Position numbers and translations under genes: made by a program. Below the pieces are notes generated by a model. The model was not told where the DNA came from. It ran no database searches and saw only the letters and a program-made list of their open reading frames with translations. From an uncultured Methanosarcinaceae archaeon (GTDB taxonomy: Archaea; Halobacteriota; Methanosarcinia; Methanosarcinales; Methanosarcinaceae), in assembly GCA_963733675.1 (NCBI GenBank), contig CAVTET010000001.1, forward strand, positions 416,001 through 480,000: a DNA stretch of 64,000 nt. The letters run 5' to 3'. How positions within the stretch are numbered: position 1 is the stretch's first letter; each line of letters begins with the position of its first letter. Shown one piece after another: positions 11,120 to 22,879 of the stretch.

Positions 11120-12355
11120 TGATTTCTTTTCTTCGCGGGAAATTTGTTCAAATCTGTCTCACTAATTTTTGTATTTAACCCAATTTTTTTCTGAATCATT
11201 ATTCTTTGATTCTAAAGGTAACTTCTAACATTCTTACAATACTCCTTTAATTCTCAATGTAATCAAATGATAGAGATTATAGTAAAAAGCTGTACACAGA
11301 ATCTTCAGATTCACTCTTTGAACAGTCGTAAAAGAACTTTTTCTACTTTGAATATCTTTTTACTTATTGAATGAACTCGTTCCATTTGAGCTCTTTTTAA
11401 GCAGATCCTTTTTTTCTGAATATATCACTCATTCCCAGAAAATGTTCTTTTATACCTCTTTTTATTGTTGCATCATAACCTTTTTATTTTGCTCCAAAAT
11501 ATCCTCTGCCTCTGTAAACTGCTTCATTAAAATTATATTCAAATCTATCTGAGTAAGAAGTGATTAAATCGCTGTTTTGAATTTTTGATAAGCTCACGAT
11601 CTCTGTAAATTATGTTATGAAATTTATATCCAAAGTGTGATTTATTATCCTTTTTTCCATGTTTCTTCTCTGTATCTTCTTGTTTTGCTTCATTTTATAA
11701 AGGGTTATCCGCTTTTGCATGTCCAGTATTTGAATAAACAAGTGTAGCTTTTTGAATGATTGTTTTTTTATTTTCACATCAGGCAATTAAGTTGCATTTA
11801 CAGCTGTCCAAATGTTTCCTCTTCTTTGCACTTATCAATAATTCTTTTTATGAATGATCAGAATTTGGTTCTTTATGAAATGTGACCAGAAAAACCAAGA
11901 AATTTTCTGAAAGAAGTTCGATCAATACGTTGTTTCTCAAGTTCGAAGTTGGAAAAACCATGTAATCGCTGTAAAAATGTATTTAAATATAATGACTACT
12001 TCAGCTTCATGTCTGCCTCAGAAAACTGTTTTATCAAAATATATGGACTCAAAAATGATAAGAAAAGATTTCTAAGCAATTAAGTAATCAATTTCAGCAA
12101 GTTTTCTGAAACTTACTTAAGATGCTTATATTATTATTTAAGAGCAAAATCAATAAGAGCTTTCAAAGTATAAATTGTTGTTAAGAAATTTAAACTATCC
12201 AATAAGAAAATACATATGAGTTTATAGTAATTCTTTATTGTATTTATATACATAGAACTCTGCAGGAAATGAGCCTTCCTCTTTTTTCCTATTTCAAACT
12301 TACAATCTTGATTCTCGACTAACAAAAAGTAGATACATTTTTTGGAGAAATCCAT
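11120..12355 (-). mobile_element. near full-length decayed IS5-family element
   Basis: Relic motifs KSHFGYK and RGYFGAK..GYDATIKR. The 3' ~400 bp is an inverted homolog of 22360-22740 and the 5' part matches 9890-10556. Confidence 0.7.
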
Positions 12356-12365
12356 TTCAAGACCC

Positions 12366-13330
12366 TCATTTATTCCCTAAAACCTGAAAATATTTCTCAA
12401 GCAGAGGCAAAACTATTTTTTCCAGTTTTACCTTATCCTTAAGGGCCTCAGTCCAGGAGACAGGCACTGCCTCAATTCCCAGCATCGCTCCAAGAATACC
12501 TCCTACAACACTGCCTACTGAGTCTGAGTCTCCTGTGATGTTTACTGCGGTTTGGACCGCTTTTCTGTAGTCTTTAGGATAATGCAAAATACAGAAATAT
12601 GCAAGAGCAAAAGTTTCATCCGCATACCAGCCCTGCCCGAGTTTCTTCAGCGCATCTTCGTCCCCAATGACAGAATGAGCGATTTTGTAAGAATTTTTCA
12701 GGGCTTTAGTGAATTTCTGAGAAATTCCTTCAGTAACGTTAAGAATTGGTTTAAACATTTCCCTCGGTTCCACTCCATCAAGAGCTAGCTTCACTATATA
12801 AGCACCTGCAATAGATGCAGCATCTGAAATTGGGTGTGAATGAGTAATTCTGCCTGAAAATAAAGCTGTTTTGATTAGTTTTTCAGGGCTATTCCGATAA
12901 ATGAAACCTATAATCCCAACTCGCATCAGGCTCCCGCATGTTTTAGATCTGATCCCGGACTTGTTCCAGTGAATGCCTTCCCTCAGCCTCATAGCTGCAC
13001 CTTTGGAAGTTACTCCTGCTCCCTGTCAGGTTCTTCTAGCCAGAGAACAAGTTCCTCTGCAATATAGCCCATAAGTTCAGGAAGCTCAAGTTTTGCTCCT
13101 CTCAATAGGCTCCTTGAAAGTACAAGCATTAACTGAGTATCATCTGTCCAGGGAGACTCTGGAAGAGGCTCGAGAATCCCTTTTTCCCCGTACTTTTTTT
13201 TAATCTCCTCAAGGTTAAGATGTTCAACAGGAAGCCCTAGGGCATCCCCGCAAGCACTGCCGAATAGATGCCCCTTAGCTTTTTTTCGATATCCAGAGTG
13301 TCCTGTAAATTTCTTTTTTTCATTGTTCCA
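12366..13330 (-). pseudogene. ADP-ribosylglycohydrolase (DraG/ARH family), frameshifted
   Basis: Upstream frame GHLFGSACGDALGLPVE...WTDDTQLM, then a 1-nt frameshift at ~13021-13023, then CGSLMR, ITHSHP, GDSDSVGSVVGGILGA. Start codon unclear. Confidence 0.88.
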
Positions 13331-13409
13331 ATACCATACTACGTTGACCCCTGCTTTTATAATTGCTTAACTGTATATTAAATCGAAGAGGGTCTAGATA
13401 AACTCAAAT

Positions 13410-14027
13410 TTTTGACTGGTAGTATATAATATCTATATTGGACTGTATATTCCAATAGTTCCGGAAAAATAGCTTCATCCAATATTATACAGTACAAAAA
13501 AGTATTCATCTGATTTCGATATTCTGTAAAAATAAGATGTATTAGTTGAATATCAAAACTTTATCTATTATCATGAGCTCCAACATCAAAATATTTAAAA
13601 AAGTGCCCGCATTTTCCACATTATTTCAAAAAATGTTCTCTTGGCCAAGAATAATCATTAACCATATATAAAATCGTTCCTTGATGAACCTTCTTGACTG
13701 CCGGGTCTCTTACTATCTTTTTTGTATCTACTCTTGGGATTACTCTTGGGATGGGGTTTCTTTTTGACAGAGTACTCATTTGAAGGAGATTTGCTACTGC
13801 TACGATTGTTTAGATTTAAGCGAAATTCTAATAAGACGATCTTTCAGTGAGTTCTGAATTTGATATTCAAGACTTTCAATAATAAGCAACAACTTTAGGA
13901 TTTGAAGCACAAAGAACAAGAATCTCTTTTGTTTTATCAGCAATAGAAATAAATTCATTTTACATTCAATTTTTCCTTTTTCCTATGTAAAATTGTGTAG
14001 TTGCTCACAATTATACTGAATAGTTAC
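13410..14027 (-). mobile_element. decayed IS66-family element (left end plus N-terminal transposase relic)
   Basis: IR GTAACTATTCAG ending at 14027. Relics IESLEYQI, SSSKSPS, KRPGSQEG, CGKCGH, AIFPELLEYTVQY. 12-bp tandem duplication TACTCTTGGGAT at ~13729-13752. Confidence 0.75.
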
Positions 14028-14480
14028 GTGAATTTTTAGGAAGGATAAAAGACGGGAATAATTATGATATATGAATATATAATGGATAAAAAATATTATG
14101 CTGAGAGAATGGTCAAAAAAATAAAATGTTATGGTATTTAATACTTCCTATCCAACTGATCTAAATTTATTTACATTATCTTGAAAATTAAGAAGATATC
14201 CTTTTTAAAGAATTTATTGAATCAATCATGAGATTCATAGAGTTGATCATAGATAAATATACAGAGTTAGATAACTCAAAATCATCTGCTAAAAATATGA
14301 TGAGAATATTTGACAAACAAATAAAAATATAATTTTAATTATAATACTGACTTGACTCTAAAGAGTTATTGAAGAATATATAAACGAAACGAGAAACAGA
14401 CTTAAAAGATGAAAAAAGCAGCAAAAGTAAAAAAAGAATTGGAAGTTTCCTATAAGTAGAAGCGCTTGATTAAGGTACTC

Positions 14481-15455
14481 TTATTTCAGAATACAGGCAG
14501 CATCCTTTGCGAAATAGGTGATTATAATATCGGCCCCTGCCCTTTTAATAGAGATGAGACACTCGTAAATAGCTTTCTTTTCATCAATCCAACCATTAGC
14601 TGCAGCTGCTTTAAGCATGGAATACTCTCCGCTCACGTTGTATGCAGCTGTTGGTATTCCGAATTCGGTCTTTACCCTATAGACAATATCCAGATAAGTA
14701 AGTGCTGGCTTTACCATTATGATATCTGCCCCTTCTGCAACATCAAGGGCTACTTCCCTGATAGCCTCATCGCTGTTTGCTGGATCCATCTGGTTGGTAG
14801 AGCGATCCCCAAAAGAGCAGCATGATTGGGCAGCGTCTCTAAAAGGCCCATAAAAAGCGGAACAGTATTTTGCGGCATAAGACATGATTGGAACATTATT
14901 AAATCCATTTAAATCAAGTGCTCCTCTGATGGCTCCGACCATGCCATCAATCATTCCTGAGGGAGCTACTATATCAGCTCCTGCTCTTGCATGGCTGACT
15001 GCTATTTTTCTGAGGATCTCAAGAGTCTGGTCGTTCATAAGATCTTTAGTTTCAAAATCGATAATACCGCAGTGTCCATGGCTTGTGTACTCACACATAC
15101 AAACATCTGTGATCACCACAAGTTTGTCTTCTAGCTCAGCCTTAATCCTACGGATAGCTTCCTGTACCACATCAGTTTCACCGAAAGACGAACATCCATA
15201 TTCATCCTTAAAAACAGGCACTCCGAAAAGTAACACTGCGGGAATTCCGAGTTCTGAGATTTCTTTTGCTTCTTTTGTGACCTCTGAAAGAGGAAATTTG
15301 TATATTCCTGGCATGGAATCAATCTCAACAGGAGACTTGATAGCCTCATCCACAAAAATGGGTTGAACCAAGTCGTTAACGGATAATATAGTCTCACATA
15401 CAAGGTTCTTGATCTTTCCTTTTCTCAACCGTCTCAATCTGACATCTGGAAACAT
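14481..15455 (-). CDS. hemB: porphobilinogen synthase (ALA dehydratase)
   Basis: RLRRLR, Zn site DVCMCEYTSHGHCG, SYAAKY, FYGPFRDA, MVKPA, AYNVSGEYSM. Confidence 0.97.
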   Translation of the reverse strand: MFPDVRLRRLRKGKIKNLVCETILSVNDLVQPIFVDEAIKSPVEIDSMPGIYKFPLSEVTKEAKEISELGIPAVLLFGVPVFKDEYGCSSFGETDVVQEAIRRIKAELEDKLVVITDVCMCEYTSHGHCGIIDFETKDLMNDQTLEILRKIAVSHARAGADIVAPSGMIDGMVGAIRGALDLNGFNNVPIMSYAAKYCSAFYGPFRDAAQSCCSFGDRSTNQMDPANSDEAIREVALDVAEGADIIMVKPALTYLDIVYRVKTEFGIPTAAYNVSGEYSMLKAAAANGWIDEKKAIYECLISIKRAGADIIITYFAKDAACILK

Positions 15456-15607
15456 GTGAAAACTCCTTTAATCACGAATTATTACTTTGAGAGTGGGGAA
15501 GGTCACATATACCCAATTCCTTAGATAAAGGATAATTTGAACCTTCGCTTCGTCTAATTCCCGCTTTAAACCTCTAACTTGTCTATTTTTTATAATGTGG
15601 ATTTTTT

Positions 15608-15740
15608 GGCACCAACGTTAGATGTGGTGCCCCAGTCTCTGACCGAGATGATACACATTAGAAATTAAACAGCCTTATCCATGCTTATGATTGGATTACC
15701 TATCACATAACGCTGGTGTCTGAGTATCGATACAATATAA
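15608..15740 (+). mobile_element. IS200/IS605 type-A left-end remnant
   Basis: Hairpin GGCACC-AACGTTAGATGT-GGTGCC, then GACCGAGATGA and relic WITYHITLVSEYRY. Homologous to 8860-8995. Confidence 0.7.
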
Positions 15741-16073
15741 TGGATCCCAATAAACCTCTAACTTTCACGAATTATTAATATCCCATTTATAAGCATATGA
15801 CAAAATCAAGGGTATTTATCGAAATTATTTAAATTATTTTGAGAAGGTTAACTAATAGGGGATAAATAACACACTCATATTTGTCAACTGTCTTTTAACC
15901 CCATTACATTTCTCTTTTAAATTTTCAGAATTTTTTTCTTTATAGTCTAGATTTCAATGAATTTAATAAACAAGTTTTTATTCATGTTCATTTACTTCCT
16001 TGAACAGGACTATTATCTATCATAAAGAAATTTTATTCTGGAAAATTAACATATTTATTAAGGAGTAAATACA

Positions 16074-17360
16074 ATGCGCAGGGACTATATTGACACAGAC
16101 TACAACCCAAAGGATACGGATTTGATATGTGAATTTCACATCGAACCATCATCAGAAGTGGATTTTGAGAAAGCTGCCACACACATGGCAGGGGAAAGCT
16201 CTATAGATTCCTGGACTGAAATTGTGACACTGAGTCCCGAGCTTGCAGCGAGACTGAAGCCTCACATCTTCTATCTAGATGAGAAAGCACAGACTATAAG
16301 GGTGGCTTATTCTGAAGAACTTTTTGAACTGGGTTCGATCCCCCAGGTTCTAAGTGCTGTTGCAGGAAATATCCTTAGCATGAAAATCGTTGACAATCTC
16401 AGATTGCAAGATATCTCTTTCCCAAAATCGATGCTCAAAGAGTTCAGAGGTCCGAAATTCGGGTTGCTAGGAATCAGGAAACTTGTGAACGTTCAAGAAA
16501 GGCCTTTAATAGGGTCCATCGTCAAGCCGAAAGTAGGTTTAAACTCTGAAAAACATGCCGAAGTCGCTTATAATTCTTTTGCAGGAGGTTGTGACCTTGT
16601 TAAAGATGATGAGAACCTTACGAACCAGAAATTTAACAGCTTTGAAAAAAGAGCCAAACTCACACTCAAGCTCGCAGAAAAAGCAGAATCAGAGACTGGA
16701 GAACGCAAGATGTACCTCTGCAACATCACTGCTTCGACTTGCAAGGAAATGATTAGTCGCATGAATATTCTTAAAGACCTTGGCGCAAGCTACGCAATGA
16801 TCGATATTGTACCTGTAGGCTGGACTGCCCTTCAGACTCTGAGGGAAGAGTCTGAGGATGCAGGTCTGGTTCTACATGCGCACAGATGTATGCATTCTGC
16901 ATATACTCGTAATCCACGCCACGGGATAAGCATGGTTGTCATTGCCAAACTCTGCAGACTGATTGGGCTTGATCAGATTCATATAGGTACGATTGTAGGA
17001 AAGATGCACGGAGAACAAAATGAGGTTCTTATTCTTCGGGATGCGTGTGCACTTGAGAAAGTACCTGCAGATGAAAGTCAACATGTCCTATTTCAAGACT
17101 GGGGGGGGTTAAAGCCCATGTTCCCAGTTGCATCTGGAGGACTGGCTCCTACAATGATTCCTAACCTGTACTCCATTTTCGGAAAAGAAGTTATAATGCA
17201 GTTCGGTGGTGGAATTCATGCACATCCTATGGGTACGGCTGCCGGGGCCACTGCCTGCAGGCAAGCGCTTGAAGCGAGCATCGATGGAGTCAGTCTGCAA
17301 GAATACGCAAAAAGCCATAAAGAACTTGAAGTAGCCCTTGGAAAATGGTTGAAAAAATAA
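16074..17360 (+). CDS. rbcL: ribulose-1,5-bisphosphate carboxylase, form III
   Basis: AGESS, IVKPKVGL, GCDLVKDDE, HAHRCMH, HIGTIVGKM, PVASGGL, QFGGGIHAHP. AAGGAG RBS. Confidence 0.96.
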   Translation: MRRDYIDTDYNPKDTDLICEFHIEPSSEVDFEKAATHMAGESSIDSWTEIVTLSPELAARLKPHIFYLDEKAQTIRVAYSEELFELGSIPQVLSAVAGNILSMKIVDNLRLQDISFPKSMLKEFRGPKFGLLGIRKLVNVQERPLIGSIVKPKVGLNSEKHAEVAYNSFAGGCDLVKDDENLTNQKFNSFEKRAKLTLKLAEKAESETGERKMYLCNITASTCKEMISRMNILKDLGASYAMIDIVPVGWTALQTLREESEDAGLVLHAHRCMHSAYTRNPRHGISMVVIAKLCRLIGLDQIHIGTIVGKMHGEQNEVLILRDACALEKVPADESQHVLFQDWGGLKPMFPVASGGLAPTMIPNLYSIFGKEVIMQFGGGIHAHPMGTAAGATACRQALEASIDGVSLQEYAKSHKELEVALGKWLKK

Positions 17361-17440
17361 GGTTCATAAGCAGAGAAACGAAATTAGGGGCAAAAAGAAC
17401 GGAAGTCAGCATAATTGAATCACAAGGAGCTTTATTACTA

Positions 17441-18532
17441 GTGCAGACAGAAAACTGGAATAAAATAGAGACCCGAATTTTCCGGGTTTCCGAGGAAAAT
17501 ATAGATATCGTTCTTGAAGAGGCAGCAGCGATTCTCAGGAGCGGAGGAACTGTAGCCTTTCCTACGGAAACTGTCTATGGGCTCGGGGCTGACGGCCTGA
17601 ACCCATACGCAGTCCGAAATATTTTCAAGGCAAAAGAACGCCCCACCGGAAATCCTATTAGCCTACTTGTCCATTCAAGGGAAGATCTCCAAATAATTGC
17701 AAGGAATATCCCGGAAGAAGCCTTCAGACTCATGGATGCTTTCTGGCCAGGCCCACTTACAATTATTCTGGAAAAAAAAGATATTGTCCCAGGAATTACC
17801 TCCGGAGACCTCCCATCAATAGGAATACGCATGCCTAACCACATGATCCCTCTAGAACTCATAAAAAGGGCAGGTAATCCTCTTGCCGCTCCGAGTGCAA
17901 ACCTTTCAGGAAAGCCTAGTTCCAGTCTCGCAGCCCACGTAATAGACGATCTTGCCGGTAGAATAAATGCAATTATTGATGGAGGAGTAGCTGCCATAGG
18001 CCTTGAATCAACTGTGATTGATATGACTGCAAAGACGCCGATTGTGCTCAGGCCCGGAGCTGTGGGGGTTAAAGAGCTTGAAAAAGTCGTCGGAAAAATA
18101 AGTTATGGATACAAAAATGACAATGTTGAGATCGAGGAAGCATCTCTGAAAAAGCAAGCATCTCAGAGATATGGGCACTATATTCCTAATACAAAGGTCA
18201 TTCTCGTTGAAGGGGAAAATAAGTCAGTTTCGAAAAAAATTATTGAATTGCTCGAAAATTGTAGGAATAATGGGCAGAAAATCGGGTTCCTACTAAGCAA
18301 GGAAACTGCAGGAATTTTTGCTTTGAAGGAACTGAATTTGGAAGAATCCTTTTTGCTGGGATCCCGAGAAGAAACAGAAGTTGCTGCCAGAAAATTTTTT
18401 GAAGGGCTCCGGATTCTGGACAGAAAGGGTCTGGATATTATCGTGGTCGATGGCTCCTTCAGTCACTCAGGACTTGGTGATGCTCTCATTAACAGATTGA
18501 GAGAAGCTTCATCTTCAAGCTTTACTGTGTAA
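17441..18532 (+). CDS. sua5: L-threonylcarbamoyladenylate synthase (Sua5/YrdC family)
   Basis: VAFPTETVYGLGAD, AKERP, FWPGPLT, IRMP, APSANLSG, ESTVID, LRPG, C-terminal SUA5 domain. Start placed at GTG 17441 behind AAGGAG; the ORF track starts at 17345, overlapping rbcL. Confidence 0.85.
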   Translation: MQTENWNKIETRIFRVSEENIDIVLEEAAAILRSGGTVAFPTETVYGLGADGLNPYAVRNIFKAKERPTGNPISLLVHSREDLQIIARNIPEEAFRLMDAFWPGPLTIILEKKDIVPGITSGDLPSIGIRMPNHMIPLELIKRAGNPLAAPSANLSGKPSSSLAAHVIDDLAGRINAIIDGGVAAIGLESTVIDMTAKTPIVLRPGAVGVKELEKVVGKISYGYKNDNVEIEEASLKKQASQRYGHYIPNTKVILVEGENKSVSKKIIELLENCRNNGQKIGFLLSKETAGIFALKELNLEESFLLGSREETEVAARKFFEGLRILDRKGLDIIVVDGSFSHSGLGDALINRLREASSSSFTV

Positions 18533-18851
18533 GTTAAACTATGACAGCAGAATAAAAAGTTTGATATAATAGTTGAGAGAGATATTTTTGAAAGTAGAAA
18601 TAGAAAATATGCAAAAGATATAGGTCTATATAAAAAATTCATGTGCCAAAATGAGAAATTAAACAAAATTTACTTTGTGATGCTAGCTGCAGGTTTGTTT
18701 TTAACAGGCCTTGAAATGGAAGAAATAGAGATAGCTATATTATCCTGAACTGTAATTTTGGTCTTTACTTTAGCTGAAGCATTAGACACCTTAGCCTCCG
18801 GATCCCTTCGAAGGCTGAGATAAGTCAGTTTTTTTTAAAGAGGCTTCTAAA

Positions 18852-21800
18852 ATGGGTGAAACTATTGCAAGTGAGAAGATGCACGAATACTTCGATGGAC
18901 TCGAAGCGAGGCTCAAGGAAGCAATTGAGATTGCAAACAGGGCTCGGGCCCGTGGGGGAGACCCAAAGCCAGTTGTAGAAATTCTCCTCGCGAAGGATCT
19001 TGCAGATAGGGTTGAGAATCTTATAGGAGTTAAAGGAGTTGCAGAAAAGATCCGGCATCTTGAGACAAGGATGTCTAGGGAGGAGGCTGCTCTTGAGATC
19101 GGGCGCCAGGTTGCAGAAGGCGAAGTTGGAATCTTTGCTACTAAAAAGGATGCAGTTGAAGCTGCAATCCGGGTTTCCATGGCTACCCTTACAGAAGGAG
19201 TTGTTGCAGCTCCGATTGAGGGAATTGACAAGGTCCAACTTGGGAAAAACGACGACGGTTCTCAGTATATCAGAATATTTTATTCCGGGCCCATCCGAAG
19301 TGCAGGAGGAACAGCGCAAGCTCTTTCCGTACTTGTTGGTGACTATGTAAGACGCGGAATCGGAATTGGATGCTATAAACCAAGGCCAGAGGAGGTGGAG
19401 CGCTATGTGGAAGAAATACTGCTTTATAAAAGAGTTGCAAGTCTGCAGTATACCCCTTCGGAAGATGAAATCCGTTTGATAGTGCGAAACTGTCCTGTTT
19501 GCATAGATGGGGATCCAACTGAAGAAGCCGAGGTAGAAGGGCACAGAGATCTGGAAAGGATAGGAACAAACCGTGTTAGAGGAGGAATGTGCCTTGTACT
19601 TGCTGAAGGGCTTGCCCTCAAAGCCCCAAAGGTCAAAAAACATGTTAATAAGCTGAATATGGATGGATGGGAATGGCTGGAAAAGCTTATTAAAGGCTCA
19701 AAAGGTGCAGAAGATGAAGAAAATGAGCAGACAAATAAGATCAAGCCGAGGGATAAATACATAAGAGACCTTATTGCAGGAAGGCCTATTTTTTCTCACC
19801 CCTCAAGGCCAGGCGGATTTAGACTTCGCTACGGACGTTCAAGAAATACTTCTTTTGCAGCTGCAGGAATCAATCCTTCAACCATGGTATTACTTGATGA
19901 TTTTATTACTAACGGAACTCAGCTCAAAGTTGAAAGGCCTGGAAAAGCTGCAGCTATTTCTGCCGTAGATTCGATAGAGGGACCAACTGTGCGTCTTTAT
20001 TCAGGAGATCTTGTCCGTGTAGATAACATAGAGGAAGCCTATAGAATCCGTTCGCAGGTAGAAGTAATAGTAGACGTTGGTGAGATCCTTATCAATTACG
20101 GGGATTTTCTGGAAAACAACCATCCACTTATGCCTTCACCATATGTTTTTGAATGGTGGCATTATGACTATGAGGCAACCTGCCCTGAAAAAATCCCTGA
20201 AGAAGAATTGAAAAATCCATCGGCAAATTTGGCTATCAGGCTTGCGAAGGACTTCAATGTCCCTCTACATCCAAAGTTCACCTACCTATGGCATGATATA
20301 AATCTAAGTGAATTTAAAGCTTTGAGGAAATTTGTAGTTGAGAGAGGAAATTTTTTGGCTGAGGACGGAATTCTCAGGTTACCTCTGGAGGCTTGCCTGA
20401 AAGAAGGCATAAAATACATATTTGAAAAACTCTTGGTGCTGCATAGAGTAAAAAATGAAACAATCCTTATTGAAGAATCTCTTCCTTTCATTTCTTGTCT
20501 TGGGCTCGATACAAAATTTAAAGAAAGAGCTCAAATCCCCGATATCGATAATATTGTGGATGCTGCAGCTCTTCTTAGTGGGTTTAAAATTCTACCAAGA
20601 GCTCCCTCGAGAATAGGGGCAAGGATGGGCAGACCGGAGAAATCTAACCTTCGAAAGATGTCTCCTGCAGCTCAGATACTCTTCCCAATAAGTAATGCCG
20701 GAGGGATTACTCGGAACATTGTATCTGCTTCTGAGTATTCTGCTTCCATGAATGGAAAGATCGGGGAAATTGAAGTAGAAATAGGGCTCAGAGAATGTCC
20801 TGCCTGTAGAAAAGAGGCATATTTTTGGCGCTGTGACTGCGGAGAGTATACCCTTCCAAAACTTAGTTGCCCTCGCTGCAAGATGGATGTAAAAGGTGCA
20901 GAGACCTGCCCCAAATGTGGACGAAAATCAAATTCAGTTTCAAATGTTAAACTCGATTTCCGTTCCATTTACAAGCAGGCTTTTGAAAATGTAGGAGAAA
21001 GAGAGAAAAAGGACATCATCAAAGGAGTAAAGCGGCTCATGAACGGGCAGATGACTCCAGAGCCTCTCGAAAAAGGAATCCTACGAGCGAAACACGATGT
21101 TTATATTTTTAAGGACGGGACTGTCCGTTATGATATGTCAGATATTCCACTTACTCATATCCGGGCTGATGAACTCGGGATTACGGCAGCCAAACTTCTT
21201 GAACTCGGTTATACGGAGGATATTTATGGAAAAACACTCGAGACGGATAACCAAGTTGTGTGTCTGAAGGTCCAGGACCTTGTGATTTCTTACGATGGGG
21301 GTGAGTATATGCTGCGTACTGCAAAATACGTGGACGATCTTCTTGTAAAATATTACCATGTTGAGCCATATTACAATGCTGAGACAATCCAAGATCTGTT
21401 AGGAGTATTACTGATAGGACTTGCTCCACATACATCTGCAGGAGTACTCGGGCGGTTGATAGGGTTCACTAAAGCTTCAGTCGGTTATGCTCATCCTTTT
21501 TTCCATGCTTCAAAACGCCGAAATTGTGATGGAGACGAAGACTGTATAATGCTCCTTATGGATGGAATCCTTAATTTCTCGAGATTTTATCTCCCGGATA
21601 AAAGGGGGGGAAAAATGGATGCTCCTCTGGTCCTTACTACCCGTATCGACCCTAAAGAAGTAGATAAGGAAGCACATAACATAGACGTGCTTGCAAGATA
21701 TCCCCTTGCATTCTACAAGGCTACTCAGGAGATCAAGAACCCTACTGAAATTGAAGGCATTATGGACCTGGTTAGTTGCAGGCTTGGAACGTTTAAGCAG

Positions 21801-22292
21801 TATGAACACTTCATGTTCACACACGATACTACGGATATTGCTGCAGGCCCACTTAATTCTTCATATAAGACAATGGGGAGCATGATCGAGAAAATGGAAG
21901 CTCAACTTTCTCTGGCCAATAAGATCAGAGCTGTGGATGCTCAAGATGTGGCTGAGAGAGTTCTCAAGTCTCACTTCCTTCCAGACCTTATCGGAAACCT
22001 TCGCTCCTTCTCCAGGCAACGGATGCGCTGTATTAAGTGTGGAGAAAAGTTTAGACGCCCACCTCTTATCGGCATCTGCCCACAATGCGGAGGCAATGTA
22101 GTGCTAACAGTGTATGAAGGATCTGTTAGAAAATATCTTGAGATTTCAAAAGAGATTGGAGAAAGGTACGGGGTTTCCAGCTATACCCGACAGAGGATCG
22201 AACTTTTGGATAAAGATATATCTTCTCTATTTGAAAACCACAGGGTCAAACAGCTTGGACTTTCTGATTTCATGTCTGGATCTCCTCGGTGA
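18852..22292 (+). CDS. polC: DNA polymerase D large subunit (DP2)
   Basis: [24 protein letters not shown], catalytic [10 protein letters not shown], Zn fingers, C-terminal PIP-like QLGLSDFM. No intein. Confidence 0.97.
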   Translation: MGETIASEKMHEYFDGLEARLKEAIEIANRARARGGDPKPVVEILLAKDLADRVENLIGVKGVAEKIRHLETRMSREEAALEIGRQVAEGEVGIFATKKDAVEAAIRVSMATLTEGVVAAPIEGIDKVQLGKNDDGSQYIRIFYSGPIRSAGGTAQALSVLVGDYVRRGIGIGCYKPRPEEVERYVEEILLYKRVASLQYTPSEDEIRLIVRNCPVCIDGDPTEEAEVEGHRDLERIGTNRVRGGMCLVLAEGLALKAPKVKKHVNKLNMDGWEWLEKLIKGSKGAEDEENEQTNKIKPRDKYIRDLIAGRPIFSHPSRPGGFRLRYGRSRNTSFAAAGINPSTMVLLDDFITNGTQLKVERPGKAAAISAVDSIEGPTVRLYSGDLVRVDNIEEAYRIRSQVEVIVDVGEILINYGDFLENNHPLMPSPYVFEWWHYDYEATCPEKIPEEELKNPSANLAIRLAKDFNVPLHPKFTYLWHDINLSEFKALRKFVVERGNFLAEDGILRLPLEACLKEGIKYIFEKLLVLHRVKNETILIEESLPFISCLGLDTKFKERAQIPDIDNIVDAAALLSGFKILPRAPSRIGARMGRPEKSNLRKMSPAAQILFPISNAGGITRNIVSASEYSASMNGKIGEIEVEIGLRECPACRKEAYFWRCDCGEYTLPKLSCPRCKMDVKGAETCPKCGRKSNSVSNVKLDFRSIYKQAFENVGEREKKDIIKGVKRLMNGQMTPEPLEKGILRAKHDVYIFKDGTVRYDMSDIPLTHIRADELGITAAKLLELGYTEDIYGKTLETDNQVVCLKVQDLVISYDGGEYMLRTAKYVDDLLVKYYHVEPYYNAETIQDLLGVLLIGLAPHTSAGVLGRLIGFTKASVGYAHPFFHASKRRNCDGDEDCIMLLMDGILNFSRFYLPDKRGGKMDAPLVLTTRIDPKEVDKEAHNIDVLARYPLAFYKATQEIKNPTEIEGIMDLVSCRLGTFKQYEHFMFTHDTTDIAAGPLNSSYKTMGSMIEKMEAQLSLANKIRAVDAQDVAERVLKSHFLPDLIGNLRSFSRQRMRCIKCGEKFRRPPLIGICPQCGGNVVLTVYEGSVRKYLEISKEIGERYGVSSYTRQRIELLDKDISSLFENHRVKQLGLSDFMSGSPR

Positions 22293-22359
22293 GGAAAAAA
22301 TGAAGTAAAATACTAAGGATATAATAAAGGTTATACTTAAAAGCTAAAAAATTAAATGA

Positions 22360-22740
22360 CTAATAGAGACAGAGGATACTTGGGAGCAAAATAAAAAGAT
22401 TATGATGAAACAATGAAGAGAGCAGTAAAAGAACGTCCTCTAGTAATGAGTGCTATATTAAGAAAAAAAAGATCAGCTTAAAAAGAGCTCAAGTAGAATG
22501 AGTTTATACACTAAAAAAGATATCACAGCAGAAAAAGTTCTTGTACGACTGTTTGAAAAGTAAATCTGAAGATACTGTATACAGCTTTTTACTAATTACA
22601 TTGAGAATTAAAGGAGTATTGTAAGAATGTTAGAAGCTACCTTTAAAATCAAAGAACAATGAACCCGAAAAAGAAGGTCAAATACAAAAATTAGCGAGAA
22701 AGATTTGGACAGTATTCCCGCAAAAAAAAAGTAGAAGTAA
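22360..22740 (+). mobile_element. IS5-family 3' remnant
   Basis: Relic RGYLGAK*KDYDETMKRAVKERPL. Inverted homolog of 11120-11515. Confidence 0.7.
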
Positions 22741-22879
22741 ATCGAAATCCTCTATATTTTTTAGATATAGCTATAATTAGTCTCTGTTTGATGATCTTCA
22801 CCTCAAACTTGATACATTATCCAACAAAGTAGCCACCATTTTGGATCTGAATTCAAAATTTTTCGGTAATGAACCTTTT

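Noticed and set aside
18852-22292. Intein in DP2
   Set aside because: 1146 aa with continuous conserved motifs and no insertion with intein termini.
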